Shown here: positions 1-9,693 of the stretch, one piece after another | Layout of the letters: the number at the start of each line of letters is the position of its first letter | Position numbering within the stretch: the stretch's first letter is position 1 | IMG/VR virus record: IMGVR_UViG_3300042482_001246 | Origin: a virus | Taxonomy: Duplodnaviria; Heunggongvirae; Uroviricota; Caudoviricetes | Length of the DNA stretch: 64,000 bases | Direction: 5' to 3' (one strand) | Notes under the pieces: generated by a model | Database searches by the model: none | Seen by the model: only the letters and a program-made list of their open reading frames with translations | What the model was told of the DNA's origin: nothing | Translations under genes and position numbers: made by a program

Positions 1-215
1 GTACTGCTGTACTTACACGGACAAGAAGGTCTACCGTTCTCTTTCAAGATTTGTTTTGCCTGTTCAAGTGTCATAACTGTTTCCTTTTAGTTCTTTTATG
101 TATCGATTAATAATATCGTTGTTATTACTAATTCTGTCAAGGGTTTTTTTAACATTTACCCTGTTTCTTTTTGGTTTCCCCTCTTTTCTTGCCTTTGCCA
201 TACTCATAAATATGT

Positions 216-247
216 TAAAAACAAAAAACCCCACCGTTAAGTGGGGT
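216..247 (-). terminator. rho-independent terminator downstream of the cyclophilin gene
   Basis: Hairpin ccccaccgttaagtggggt, followed on the minus-sense strand by a T-run. Confidence 0.55.
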
Positions 248-253
248 TCAAGA

Positions 254-685
254 TTAAATCAATTCCATAGAATTGATTTGGTCACCTTGTTGGAGTTGGT
301 CAATGATATCAACACCTTCAACAATCTTCCCAAAACAGGTATGATTACCGTCCAAGTGTTGGGTGTTCTGTCTATTGTGACAGATAAAGAACTGTGAACC
401 TCCTGTGTTACGACCAGCGTGTGCCATTGAAAGAACACCTTTATCGTGGAATTGTTTTGGCGCTGTTACTTCACATTGGATTGTGTATCCAGGTCCTCCA
501 TTTCCAACACCGTTAGGACAACCACCTTGGGCAACAAATCCAGGAATCACTCTATGGAAATTAAGTCCGTCATAGAATTTCTTGTTAATCAAACTCTTAA
601 AGTTTTCTACCGTGATTGGAGTTTCGTTGTCATACAACTCCGCAATCATATCACCTTTTGCTGTTGAGATTTTTACTTTACTCAT
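254..685 (-). CDS. cyclophilin-type peptidyl-prolyl cis-trans isomerase
   Basis: Translation has the cyclophilin hallmarks FHRVIPGFVAQGG, GGxxG region and SMAHAG...GSQFFI. The likely start is the internal Met MSKVKI (ATG at 685), because the upstream 6 codons look AT-rich and non-coding. Confidence 0.85.
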   Translation of the reverse strand: MSKVKISTAKGDMIAELYDNETPITVENFKSLINKKFYDGLNFHRVIPGFVAQGGCPNGVGNGGPGYTIQCEVTAPKQFHDKGVLSMAHAGRNTGGSQFFICHNRQNTQHLDGNHTCFGKIVEGVDIIDQLQQGDQINSMELI

Positions 686-719
686 ATATCTTGTTTTTAA
701 CAATGATAACTAAAAAATA

Positions 720-1562
720 TTAGTGTATCAAGACCTTCTCGGTTTTACCATTATCATAAAGATAAATTATAATTTCTTCTTTACGAACATTATAAACAGG
801 TCGACCCATCATGTCATACATCCCAATTACTTTTGGTTCAGGTTTGGTAAATGTAATCACACTTGAAAGATTAGAACGCTTACAAACATCTAATTTCCTA
901 AACATGAATGTGTCCTGACTAACACATTTGTTCCACCATTGAGCAACTACTAATACACGACCAGTGTCTTTAAATACAAAGTTAAAAAGCCTTGTATCAC
1001 CATAACCTAAGAAGTCCGCATCTGGAAAATCATATTCCATTCCAATTTGGTAATCACTAAGTGAGTCCCACTCACTTTGAGTCATTTTAGCCATCCAAGG
1101 TCCTGAGTAGAACATTAAGTAGTAGCTCATACAAGTATCTTTTAATGGGTAACCTTTAATAGTGCTCATTTCAAATTTATACTGCTTACAACTATTTGGA
1201 TACACATTCGAACTTACAGTAGCGCCTGGAAACTTAATAATTTCTAAAGGTCGGTAGATGGCCGTATCACATTTTGTACACCTGTTCCAAACCTTCAAAT
1301 ACATTTTATATTTACCTTTAACATTAAATTGAACTTGAATCAACCCCCTATTATCTCTAATAGTATCAGTCTTTTTGGTTTGGAAGTCGTAAACCATAAA
1401 CATATAATCAACACAAGTGTCATCAAGTACTTGACCACTCACATACCATTTGTAAAGATTACGTTGATTTGATTGTTGGAGTTTTAGTGTGCTCCAATCA
1501 CATTTTGCGTTCGCTGTTGCTAAGGAGACCAAAAGCATTAAAAGCGTAAATAGTTTTTTCAT
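720..1562 (-). CDS. secreted hypothetical protein with N-terminal signal peptide (W/Y/C-rich)
   Basis: 280 aa ORF. N-terminus MKKLFTLLMLLVSLATANA is a typical signal peptide. No recognisable catalytic motif. Confidence 0.6.
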   Translation of the reverse strand: MKKLFTLLMLLVSLATANAKCDWSTLKLQQSNQRNLYKWYVSGQVLDDTCVDYMFMVYDFQTKKTDTIRDNRGLIQVQFNVKGKYKMYLKVWNRCTKCDTAIYRPLEIIKFPGATVSSNVYPNSCKQYKFEMSTIKGYPLKDTCMSYYLMFYSGPWMAKMTQSEWDSLSDYQIGMEYDFPDADFLGYGDTRLFNFVFKDTGRVLVVAQWWNKCVSQDTFMFRKLDVCKRSNLSSVITFTKPEPKVIGMYDMMGRPVYNVRKEEIIIYLYDNGKTEKVLIH

Positions 1563-1605
1563 AATTTCAAATATAGAACATATATTTCAGAATATTGTCA
1601 TCATA

Positions 1606-1640
1606 AAGTAAAAACCCCCACCGATTGGTGAGGGTTTCAA
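1606..1640 (-). terminator. rho-independent terminator after the SPFH gene
   Basis: GC hairpin cccaccgattggtgaggg directly after the stop codon, followed by a T-run on the minus sense. Confidence 0.55.
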
Positions 1641-1642
1641 AG

Positions 1643-2497
1643 TTACTTAATCCCATACATTAGATTGGTTCCATTTCCCAGGACCGTGGACGGTACGTTA
1701 CCTTTCCACTTCTCAATCCATTGTTGTTGAATCAACATAGGAGTTAGTGTTTGTTGTCGTAGTCGGTTTGCTTCCGCTTCAGCCTTAGCTCTTGTTAACA
1801 TCGCCTGAGCGTTACCTTCAGCAGTTGCCACTTTAATCTTAGCCTCAGCCTCAGCTTGTTTTACTTTGTTCTCAGCCGTTAAAGCCGCTTGGACCGCGTT
1901 ATTCTTAGCTTCAATTGCTTTCTTGAATGTTTCAGGGTAAACCAAGTTAGATGTAAACTGACTTAGAATAAACCCTTCAGGTTCAAGTTGTTTTACCAAA
2001 ACACTTCTAACCTTCAACTCAAACAATTCACGGTTTGAAATCAATTCATCCGCAGTGTATGAGTTAGCAACAACTCGGAAAGCATCATACACAGCCGTCT
2101 TTAGAAATCCACCTTCAATATCACCCAACTCAACACGATACTTTGAAAAAATGTAAGGTACTTTTTCACGTTTAACTGAGTAGTTCAACAATGGTGATAC
2201 GTGAAACTCGGAACCGTCTTTTGAGTTAACAACAAACGACTCATCGATTTCATTCTCCCTGTCCAACTTATATTCTTTGTGTTGAACGTATGTTGGGAAC
2301 TCAACAATTTTTGTACTGATTGGGTTATAAAATACCCACCCTGTTACCTCAGTAACATCATCAACACCTTTACCATCTCCATAGAGATTTACCTTAACAC
2401 CTACGTGTCCTGCATCAATACGTTCACATCCTGCGAACATAGTGAAAATTAATACCAAAGCAATTACGCTTCCCAAAATTTTAGTTAGATTGCTCAT
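1643..2497 (-). CDS. SPFH/band-7 (stomatin/prohibitin-like) membrane protein
   Basis: N-terminal TM segment, then GHVGVKVNLYGDG...VEFPTYVQ...ELISNRE and an Ala/Glu-rich coiled-coil tail, as expected for an SPFH domain. Confidence 0.75.
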   Translation of the reverse strand: MSNLTKILGSVIALVLIFTMFAGCERIDAGHVGVKVNLYGDGKGVDDVTEVTGWVFYNPISTKIVEFPTYVQHKEYKLDRENEIDESFVVNSKDGSEFHVSPLLNYSVKREKVPYIFSKYRVELGDIEGGFLKTAVYDAFRVVANSYTADELISNRELFELKVRSVLVKQLEPEGFILSQFTSNLVYPETFKKAIEAKNNAVQAALTAENKVKQAEAEAKIKVATAEGNAQAMLTRAKAEAEANRLRQQTLTPMLIQQQWIEKWKGNVPSTVLGNGTNLMYGIK

Positions 2498-2726
2498 CTT
2501 CTTTTTTGTTTGTTTTAAATAAATTAATTAATGAATCCGCAACATTTTTAATTACATAAACTCCGCCAATAAAGGTTGCTAATAAAAATGCGAAGCCAAT
2601 TATTACAAGTGCACTGTCAGGTTTATTCATAAAAATAAATGAATAGTCCATAATTTCCCACATCACCAATACAGTGATTACGATTAATGCTAAATGGAAT
2701 AACGTTTTTATAAGGATATTTTTCAT
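2481..2726 (-). CDS. small two-TM membrane protein (possible NfeD-like partner of SPFH)
   Basis: 81 aa with two hydrophobic helices. It overlaps the SPFH start by 17 nt, so the two are probably translationally coupled. SPFH genes are classically paired with small NfeD-type membrane partners. Confidence 0.5.
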   Translation of the reverse strand: MKNILIKTLFHLALIVITVLVMWEIMDYSFIFMNKPDSALVIIGFAFLLATFIGGVYVIKNVADSLINLFKTNKKEDEQSN

Positions 2727-2738
2727 ACTCGTTTTTTT

Positions 2739-2768
2739 AAAAAACCCCCCACCGAAGTGAGGGGTTAG
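2739..2768 (-). terminator. strong rho-independent terminator (8 bp GC stem, UUCG loop) just upstream of the membrane-protein/SPFH pair
   Basis: Minus-sense cccctcac-ttcg-gtgggggg followed by tttttt. It lies only about 12 nt before the ATG at 2726. Confidence 0.65.
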
Positions 2769-2950
2769 TGTGTTGGCTAGGTTTTCTTCAATAAAGGTTT
2801 TAATGAGTTTTAAGGTTTGACTCTCTCAGTGATTTTTGAACAGGTGAACAATCTAATTTTTGAATACTTTAACGTCATCAATTATCTAATGGATAGTAGA
2901 GTTTTTATGTAACTAAATCTCCAAAAACACCAACCAAACACAACTTTCTT

Positions 2951-3385
2951 TTACAACGTTTTTGTCGCGTTGTATGTGTCTAACTCGTCCTGAAGAGCGT
3001 CAATCTCGTCTTCATAAGACTTAACCATTTTGTCTCGGGTGCTAGCGCTGATAACTACATTATAGTTCAACAACATTGATTCACCATAACCTCTACGACT
3101 AACGTTACCCTCTTGGGTATCCATTTTCTTCAAGGTCTTAACCAAATTTTTCAATTCAGACAAACGGAAAATCTTGTCATAAACTTCATTATTCGCCCTG
3201 TGGATTGCAGTCTTCAATTCAATCAATTGGTTAGTTTCTTCCAACAAACTCTGCAATTCTGTCTGTGGGTCATAACTACGGATGGCTCCTTCGATAACTG
3301 AGTTATCTTTTTCAATTCGAACAATTCTCTCATTGATACTTTTCACCAATCGAGCTTTTTGTTTTAGTGCTTGTTTAATCGTCAT
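2951..3385 (-). CDS. hypothetical coiled-coil protein
   Basis: 144 aa, heptad-rich, no catalytic motif. A TAtaTTTG box sits directly upstream. Confidence 0.55.
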   Translation of the reverse strand: MTIKQALKQKARLVKSINERIVRIEKDNSVIEGAIRSYDPQTELQSLLEETNQLIELKTAIHRANNEVYDKIFRLSELKNLVKTLKKMDTQEGNVSRRGYGESMLLNYNVVISASTRDKMVKSYEDEIDALQDELDTYNATKTL

Positions 3386-3424
3386 AATCTTCTATTTAAG
3401 TTTTACAAATATAAATGTTTTTTA

Positions 3425-4093
3425 TTAACTGTCAACTTCCGTGGGGTCAATTCTTTTTTCGTGATGGTCTTTAGGAAGTGTTAACCTTACTTTTGGTCGG
3501 TCCTTCAACAAAGAACGAATCTCACTTAAATCATAAGGATATAAGTTGTTACCGTCAACCCCAACGTCCATTGCTCGTCCATCAGCAATCTTAAGATGTG
3601 ATGGTAAGTGAACGTGTCCGTGTAAGTGAATTACCCCATCATTCATACCATTCCAAGACGCTATTGGATAGTGTAGACATACGATAGAAATCTTATCTAC
3701 AATCTTTCCGTTGGGAATCCTCAAATCTAAATGTAAGTAATCAAAACATCCTTTGAACACCCTTTGGATGTCTTCTTTATCTCTACGAATGTGGTGGTCG
3801 TGGTTACCAAAAACTAAGTAAACGTTTTTACATAAGATTCTGTTACGAAACTCTTCAATCTTATCGAATCCACCGAAAGACCAGTCACCTAAGTGAATCA
3901 ATATATCATTCTCACCAATCATCTCATTGATGTTGTTGACCAAGACATCATTCATATGGTCAAGGGATTTGAAATCTCGAGTTAGATTTTCAGCGCCAAC
4001 CCATTTTGTAGTTGCGCTACAAATATTACCGTGACCATAGTGAGTATCACTGGTAAAAAATAACCGCTGTCCTTTCTCTAATACAAGTTTCAT
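3425..4093 (-). CDS. calcineurin-like metallophosphoesterase
   Basis: Metallophosphatase signature order DTHYGH ... GDWSFGG ... GNHDHH ... HGHVH. Confidence 0.75.
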   Translation of the reverse strand: MKLVLEKGQRLFFTSDTHYGHGNICSATTKWVGAENLTRDFKSLDHMNDVLVNNINEMIGENDILIHLGDWSFGGFDKIEEFRNRILCKNVYLVFGNHDHHIRRDKEDIQRVFKGCFDYLHLDLRIPNGKIVDKISIVCLHYPIASWNGMNDGVIHLHGHVHLPSHLKIADGRAMDVGVDGNNLYPYDLSEIRSLLKDRPKVRLTLPKDHHEKRIDPTEVDS

Positions 4094-4132
4094 AGGACAA
4101 AGGTAAAATAAAATATAGATTAAATCAAAAAA

Positions 4133-4927
4133 TTACGCGATTTTTTCAAACTTAGATAAAGTTTCACTTGCTTTAGAACGTGCCATACCTGATGAACCAC
4201 CAGCATTCAAGTCAGCAAAATAGTTAGACGCGTCTTTTTCATTATCAAATTTAGGAAGTGAATTTGGTGATTTACCTTTTAACATAAAGGCAATTGCAAC
4301 TTTGGCAGCTACTCTTGGGTCATCTAATGAATCAGGATTACCTTCAAGGTTTTCACCAACAAGACTACCATATTTTTTGTAGTTCGCTCTACCTGTTAGT
4401 CCATTGAACCCTCTACCTCTGTATTTGTATCCATCACCAGGTTCAGTGTTACCCAATCTGATACCTGATTTGTACCCATACATATATTCAAAAAAGTCCT
4501 TATTACTTTTTTTAAGTCTCGTTAACTGTCTATCACTTAACCTTTGGGCTCTTTTACCAAAAATACTTCTGATTCTATCGTTACTTGTATTACCGTAACC
4601 AATTTCAGAACCCATCTGAAAACCAGATTCTTTGGCCAAAACACTTAATATACCAATTTGAGTATCAACATCAGTAATACCCATTTTATTCATTTCATCT
4701 ATCACGATTTCTACGTTTCTGCCGGCTTCACCACTATAACTGTGTTTGATTTTACCATTATCGGAAACTTCAAGGTCGTCGGTTTTAACCTCATCACCTT
4801 TTGGTTTCTCTTCAGGCGCAAATGCTGAAAGGGTTTTTAAAAAATCGGCAAGTCTCCCAATAGCTTGTTCATTTAAACCCATAAGTCTAAACTGCTTATT
4901 AACTTCTTTCAAAAGTGGTTTTGACAT
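4133..4927 (-). CDS. glycoside hydrolase family 19-like lysozyme/endolysin
   Basis: GH19 motifs: KESGF..., then YRGRGFNGLTGRANY (compare chitinase YGRGPIQLSWNYNY), then AAKVAIAFM. Confidence 0.6.
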   Translation of the reverse strand: MSKPLLKEVNKQFRLMGLNEQAIGRLADFLKTLSAFAPEEKPKGDEVKTDDLEVSDNGKIKHSYSGEAGRNVEIVIDEMNKMGITDVDTQIGILSVLAKESGFQMGSEIGYGNTSNDRIRSIFGKRAQRLSDRQLTRLKKSNKDFFEYMYGYKSGIRLGNTEPGDGYKYRGRGFNGLTGRANYKKYGSLVGENLEGNPDSLDDPRVAAKVAIAFMLKGKSPNSLPKFDNEKDASNYFADLNAGGSSGMARSKASETLSKFEKIA

Positions 4928-5261
4928 AATATTTTTATCTATAAATATACAATTACAAAGTATTTATCATATATCTTTGATTCATTATGGCCGACAGGAA
5001 TTTTTATATGAGAAGAGTATTGACCAAAATTGTAAAAAATATGGTTAGTAAAAATCCTGCATTCAAAAATATTCGTTCAGTTGAAATACAATTCTTACTT
5101 AAATCTCCTGTTAGAAGCGCAATGTGTGATTGGGTTTATGGTCTTACTATCAAGACATATAACGATGATGTTAACCAACCTCAAATAATTTCTCAAATAA
5201 AAGAAAGAATTGATTCTGTTACATCACAACTAACAAAAGACACTTTCTGTCTCACCGACTA

Positions 5262-6389
5262 TTACTTCGAGTAGTCGTATTTACGAAAAATCCCATCTAC
5301 CGTATGTAACGCTTGAGCAACCACTTGGTGCATATCATAATAAGCATAGGTCCCAAGTCTACCCCCAAATATGTATTTAGATTCAGACTCTGTCAATGAT
5401 TTATATTTTTCATAAATCTCAACATTTTTACCGTCTCTGATTGGGTAATATGGTTCGTTCTCACCAGTATACTCACAAGAGTATTCCTTACTGATATAAG
5501 TACCTTTTTGATTCTTAGGGTCAAACCATTTATGTTCTAATATTCGAGTATACTTAGTATCAGAATCAGTAAAATTCATTACAGGGTTTCCTTGGAAGTT
5601 GTCAACTTCTAATTGGTAATTCTCCCATCTAAGACTACGATATTCCAATCGACCAAATTCGTAATCGTAAAACTTATCAATTGGTCCTGTGTAAATTATC
5701 TTATCAGATAAAGACTCAAGGATATCTCTATTCTCAAAAAAATCAAATTCAGTCAGTACTTCAATACCTGATAGTAGTTTTTCAAAAATTTGGGTATAAC
5801 CTCCGTCAGGAATTCCTTGGTACTTGTCATTGAAATAATTGTTATTCCAAGTAAATCTAACAGGTAATCTTTTAATAATGGATGGTGGTAGTTCAGAACA
5901 TTTCTTATCCCATTGTTTCTCAGTATAACCTTTAATCAACTTTTCATATATGTCAGTCCCTACCATTGAAAGAGCTTGTTCTTCCAAATTAGTGATAGGT
6001 CCCTTATATTTTTGTTCATCAATCATATACTGTGCCTTTTCAGGTGTGTTAACACCCCACAGTTGATTGAATGTCCACATATTGAAAGGTAATGAGTAAA
6101 TCTCACCCTTATAGTTAGCCAAAGGTGAATTAACAAACTGATTAAAAGTTGCAAATCTGTTTACGTAGTTCCAAACTCTTTCATCATTAGTATGGAATAT
6201 GTGAGCACCATACTTGTGAACGTGTATACCGTCTATATTTTCAGTATAACAGTTTCCACCGATATGATTTCTTTTTTCAACAACTAATACGTTGAATTTC
6301 TTACTTAGTTCGTGGGCGCAGATTGCTCCAAAGAGACCTGCCCCCACGATTACAAAGTCATAATGTCTATAGGAAGTCAAAAACGACAC
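5262..6389 (-). CDS. glf: UDP-galactopyranose mutase
   Basis: FAD-binding site DFVIVGAGLFGAICA, then EKRNHIGGNCYT and UGM-like colinearity over the whole protein. Confidence 0.85.
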   Translation of the reverse strand: MSFLTSYRHYDFVIVGAGLFGAICAHELSKKFNVLVVEKRNHIGGNCYTENIDGIHVHKYGAHIFHTNDERVWNYVNRFATFNQFVNSPLANYKGEIYSLPFNMWTFNQLWGVNTPEKAQYMIDEQKYKGPITNLEEQALSMVGTDIYEKLIKGYTEKQWDKKCSELPPSIIKRLPVRFTWNNNYFNDKYQGIPDGGYTQIFEKLLSGIEVLTEFDFFENRDILESLSDKIIYTGPIDKFYDYEFGRLEYRSLRWENYQLEVDNFQGNPVMNFTDSDTKYTRILEHKWFDPKNQKGTYISKEYSCEYTGENEPYYPIRDGKNVEIYEKYKSLTESESKYIFGGRLGTYAYYDMHQVVAQALHTVDGIFRKYDYSK

Positions 6390-7524
6390 TGTCAGGAGAT
6401 AATACAGGTTTATTAATCTTGTTCTCTAATCTTTCTTTGAACTCATACAAGAAGTTAGATGAATTAGTATAACATCTATCCTCAATCAAGAAACACAAAT
6501 TAGGATATGGGTTTTCTCTACCTTCATTAATCATTTGTTCAACAACCTCAAGAGCTTCTTTGTTCCTTTGTCTTTTCTCATAAAAGAATGCCAAATACAT
6601 CAAGTGTTCATTTCTTGTTGGAGAGAACGGTCCTGCAGATTTGTAGTGTTCTTCCGCTTTATCATACTCCCCTCTAAAGTTATATGCTTCACCCAAAAGT
6701 ATAAATGTTAGATATGACATCTCATCTAATCTTGCAGGTTTACCAGTATTAAACCAGTTGTGATTAAGTGCTAAAAACTTATTAAAGTAGAAAATCGCTC
6801 TACGAGCATATTCGTCTGAGTGGTCCTTTCCAAATGCAAGTTCATCAGGATTTCCATAACAATCAGCATAACTCTTACCAACATACCAAAGATGATACAT
6901 ATCCTCATTGATGGTGTTTCCAACAACTTTGTCAATTTCTAATTCCAAAGCATCTCTCAAAAACTTTCTTGGTGCAAACCAAGTCTGACCATCATTTGTG
7001 ATTAAGTGTCTAAATCCAAAAGGTAGAACCATTCTTTGGAAATTTTCACCGACTTCAGGTAAGTGAATTGTTTCGTGTCTTTTATCGTGTTGAAAAAACC
7101 AAGGTCTTTTTGCATTCCATAACCAAGTTCTGTAATACTTTGTACCCATTGCCTGAGCTGTAATGTTGAATGAATCAATTGAAGTGTCTTCCAATACAGT
7201 CCAATCAAAGTCCTCATCAACAATTAGTTGTTCATCAGCATCCATTCTCAGAATCCAATCACATCCGTGGTCAGCCTTCAAACATTCCTGTAAGGTATGG
7301 TCTCTATTCCATCCTGGATATTGCCATTCAATCTCATACAGGAATCCAGGAATCCCTTTTTCTTTGAAGTAGTTTCTTATAATGTCTTGTGTTCCGTCAG
7401 TAGACCCATTGTCCTGTATAACCCAATAATCAATATATTGGAAACAGGAGTCTAACATTCTTGTGATAGTTCTGGCCTCATTAGCCACCATCGCGTTTAA
7501 GCAAATTTTGGTTTTTTTATTCAT
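6367..7524 (-). CDS. family 2 glycosyltransferase with C-terminal TPR-like region
   Basis: N-terminal GT2 nucleotide-binding core (ICLNAMVANEA...QDNGSTDGT...DADE). Overlaps glf by 23 nt. Confidence 0.7.
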   Translation of the reverse strand: MNKKTKICLNAMVANEARTITRMLDSCFQYIDYWVIQDNGSTDGTQDIIRNYFKEKGIPGFLYEIEWQYPGWNRDHTLQECLKADHGCDWILRMDADEQLIVDEDFDWTVLEDTSIDSFNITAQAMGTKYYRTWLWNAKRPWFFQHDKRHETIHLPEVGENFQRMVLPFGFRHLITNDGQTWFAPRKFLRDALELEIDKVVGNTINEDMYHLWYVGKSYADCYGNPDELAFGKDHSDEYARRAIFYFNKFLALNHNWFNTGKPARLDEMSYLTFILLGEAYNFRGEYDKAEEHYKSAGPFSPTRNEHLMYLAFFYEKRQRNKEALEVVEQMINEGRENPYPNLCFLIEDRCYTNSSNFLYEFKERLENKINKPVLSPDSVVFDFL

Positions 7525-8764
7525 AAATGTAATTCATTACTTGTTCTTGTTTATAGTATTTTTTGATTGGGACACTGTTTTGGAACTTTTGTGAGTGTTG
7601 TGTAATCTCATCCCAATTCCAATCAAAATAACCCATTTCTTCAATTCTGTCGTGTATTCTTTTATCATAGAAGTCCCTGATTAATCTGGCCCTACGATTA
7701 ATATCTGTTGCATTATTATCAACTGTTGAGTTGTTATTGTTGTATTGTAGATATAACACCTTCTTTACGTGAATCATCTTGGTTTCTAAAAATGTACGAA
7801 TAAGAATCTCCAAGTCATCAGCAACAGGTGTTAATTTATTGTGTCCTGAAATATTATGATAAACACTTCTCTCCCACATTCTAGCGTGGTTTGGCATTGT
7901 GATATTGAATCTAATTGTGAGTGGGTTTACATCAGGGTACCAATGAGCAAGTCTATCAACACCGTCAACATTTACCCAACTGTGTCCAGCATACCCAAAG
8001 TCAAAATAGTTATCGTGACGAGCATACCAATTACCAGTCCAATCGTGGTCATAAAACTTAGGTTCACCGTCCTCGTATATCTCTGAACAATCAGTATAAA
8101 GAAATCCCGCGTCAGGGTATTTTAATATTGCATCATTAGCGGTTTCAAGACAAGTTGTAACCAAACAATCATCGTGGTCCAATTCAATCAACCAATCACC
8201 ATCACCTAACATAGCTGCACGATGTTTAGCCAAACCAATATTACCACCCGATAATGGATAAATCCTGTGAGGTTTTACCCGATAGTCTTTCTCCGCAATT
8301 TCAGTTATCATCTCCCAAGTTTCAGGGTCAGGCGAATCATCAACCACAACCCATTCCCAATTATCAAAGGTTTGGTTGTTTAAAGACTCATAAGTCCTAT
8401 AAATCCTTTCTCCTGTTTTGTAGGTTGGTGTGAAAATTGTAAATCTTGGTCTAAAATATTCACAGTTTCTAAACACAGTCTGACAAACAATTACGTTCGC
8501 CAAAATTGCTTCATCAATCGGTTCATCATAGTGAATGTGAAATCTTTTCAAATGATAGTGTGGGATGTTTACTTCTTCACCAAAACTTATAATTAAGTCA
8601 GGTTTATATTTTGTATAATCACCAACGACATCGTTTGTATATGGTAGATTATAAACAACAACATCATCAAACAGATGTTCTTCCCAGTATATTTGTGAGA
8701 TTAAGGTTGTTTCACCTTCCGTACCTAATCCATACACTATTGCTGACGGTTTTTTTGTCTTCAT
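7517..8764 (-). CDS. family 2 glycosyltransferase
   Basis: FTIFTPTYKTGERIYRTYESLNNQTFDNWEWVVVDDSPD ... LDHDD matches the GT2 DXD-type core. Overlaps the downstream gene by 8 nt. Confidence 0.75.
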   Translation of the reverse strand: MKTKKPSAIVYGLGTEGETTLISQIYWEEHLFDDVVVYNLPYTNDVVGDYTKYKPDLIISFGEEVNIPHYHLKRFHIHYDEPIDEAILANVIVCQTVFRNCEYFRPRFTIFTPTYKTGERIYRTYESLNNQTFDNWEWVVVDDSPDPETWEMITEIAEKDYRVKPHRIYPLSGGNIGLAKHRAAMLGDGDWLIELDHDDCLVTTCLETANDAILKYPDAGFLYTDCSEIYEDGEPKFYDHDWTGNWYARHDNYFDFGYAGHSWVNVDGVDRLAHWYPDVNPLTIRFNITMPNHARMWERSVYHNISGHNKLTPVADDLEILIRTFLETKMIHVKKVLYLQYNNNNSTVDNNATDINRRARLIRDFYDKRIHDRIEEMGYFDWNWDEITQHSQKFQNSVPIKKYYKQEQVMNYIYE

Positions 8765-8802
8765 ACGTTCAAAACATAGTTATTTAAAGTGTTGTTGTAA
8801 AG

Positions 8803-8845
8803 TTCATATAAAAGAAAAGGTCCTCTTTCGAGGACCAATTCACCA
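8803..8845 (-). terminator. rho-independent terminator
   Basis: Minus-sense ggtcctcgaaagaggacc hairpin followed by ttttctttt. Confidence 0.6.
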
Positions 8846-8851
8846 ACCATC

Positions 8852-9592
8852 TTATACCCACTCCATCATAATCTGAGACTTCCCGTTCCATTCTTTGATT
8901 TGACGTTTCGGAACCCAAAACTCCATCTCTCCGATTTCCTCAACTCGTTTGAGGTATGCCTCACGGTAAGCTCCGGCTTCAGAAGAGTTCTTGATGTAAG
9001 GGATTCTCATATGCTTTGAACAAATCTTACCCATTCCTGTCAACATTGAGAACTCATCAGTCAAATCTTTACCACAACACATACAAACCTTCATACGGCT
9101 TACGGTCATCTTACCTGAGAACTTAACCGCCTTTGGTGAGATAGCCAAAATCTTAGTGATATCCAAGATTGTTGGGTTGAACTCAAGGTTGTAAGTCTCC
9201 TTCATTTGTTGACCGATTTTACGTCCAACCTTGATGGTTTCTCCTACGGTTGGAAGTTTGAAGTTGATAGTCTTAGACTTGTCTTCTTCCTTCTCGATTT
9301 GTTTGAGAGCTGCGTTGATTTGTTTGTTGGTCAACGTTCCCCACTTTTGAAGTTTAAGAGAGATGTCTTTCACGAAGGTGCTCTCACCGTTGTATTCAAC
9401 GATTTTCTTCAACTCGGGACGTTCCTCAACGTTCAAAGTGGTTACAGGTGCATTGAGACATTTCTCAGCGGCTTCGACTTGCTTGGGAGTCAAACGACCC
9501 CACTGGTTAAGAGATTCTTTCATTTTAAGGATGAAGCTGTTGTTACCTTGGTAGTTACGAACTTTTTCTTGGGTAGTGATGGTGGTTGTCAT
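8852..9592 (-). CDS. hypothetical protein with two LxKWGxLTxKQ repeats
   Basis: The ORF-track start at 9724 reads through the terminator at about 9655-9690. I chose the internal Met MTTTITT instead. The protein carries an internal duplicated roughly 25 aa motif. Confidence 0.55.
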   Translation of the reverse strand: MTTTITTQEKVRNYQGNNSFILKMKESLNQWGRLTPKQVEAAEKCLNAPVTTLNVEERPELKKIVEYNGESTFVKDISLKLQKWGTLTNKQINAALKQIEKEEDKSKTINFKLPTVGETIKVGRKIGQQMKETYNLEFNPTILDITKILAISPKAVKFSGKMTVSRMKVCMCCGKDLTDEFSMLTGMGKICSKHMRIPYIKNSSEAGAYREAYLKRVEEIGEMEFWVPKRQIKEWNGKSQIMMEWV

Positions 9593-9651
9593 ATTGGTTG
9601 GTTTTAAATTCAATACAAAGATAAGGAAAGTTTTGGTTCCCACAACACAAT

Positions 9652-9692
9652 TCAAAAAAAAATCCCCTCTTTTTTTAGAGGGGATTGTCACT
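9652..9692 (-). terminator. rho-independent terminator
   Basis: Minus-sense aatcccctct-aaaaaaa-gaggggatt followed by a run of T. Confidence 0.65.
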
Positions 9693-9693
9693 C

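Noticed and set aside
4938-4954. T4-late-promoter-like TATAAATA read on the plus strand at 4938, 35103 and 63196
   Set aside because: The genes downstream are on the minus strand, so in the sense orientation the motif reads TATTTATAGA, not TATAAATA. I report it as a phage-specific motif instead.
4987-5274. Plus-strand 95-aa ORF between the GH19 gene and glf
   Set aside because: It overlaps the glf stop and lies in the upstream promoter region of the minus-strand lysozyme gene, and shows no motif. Possible but unsupported.
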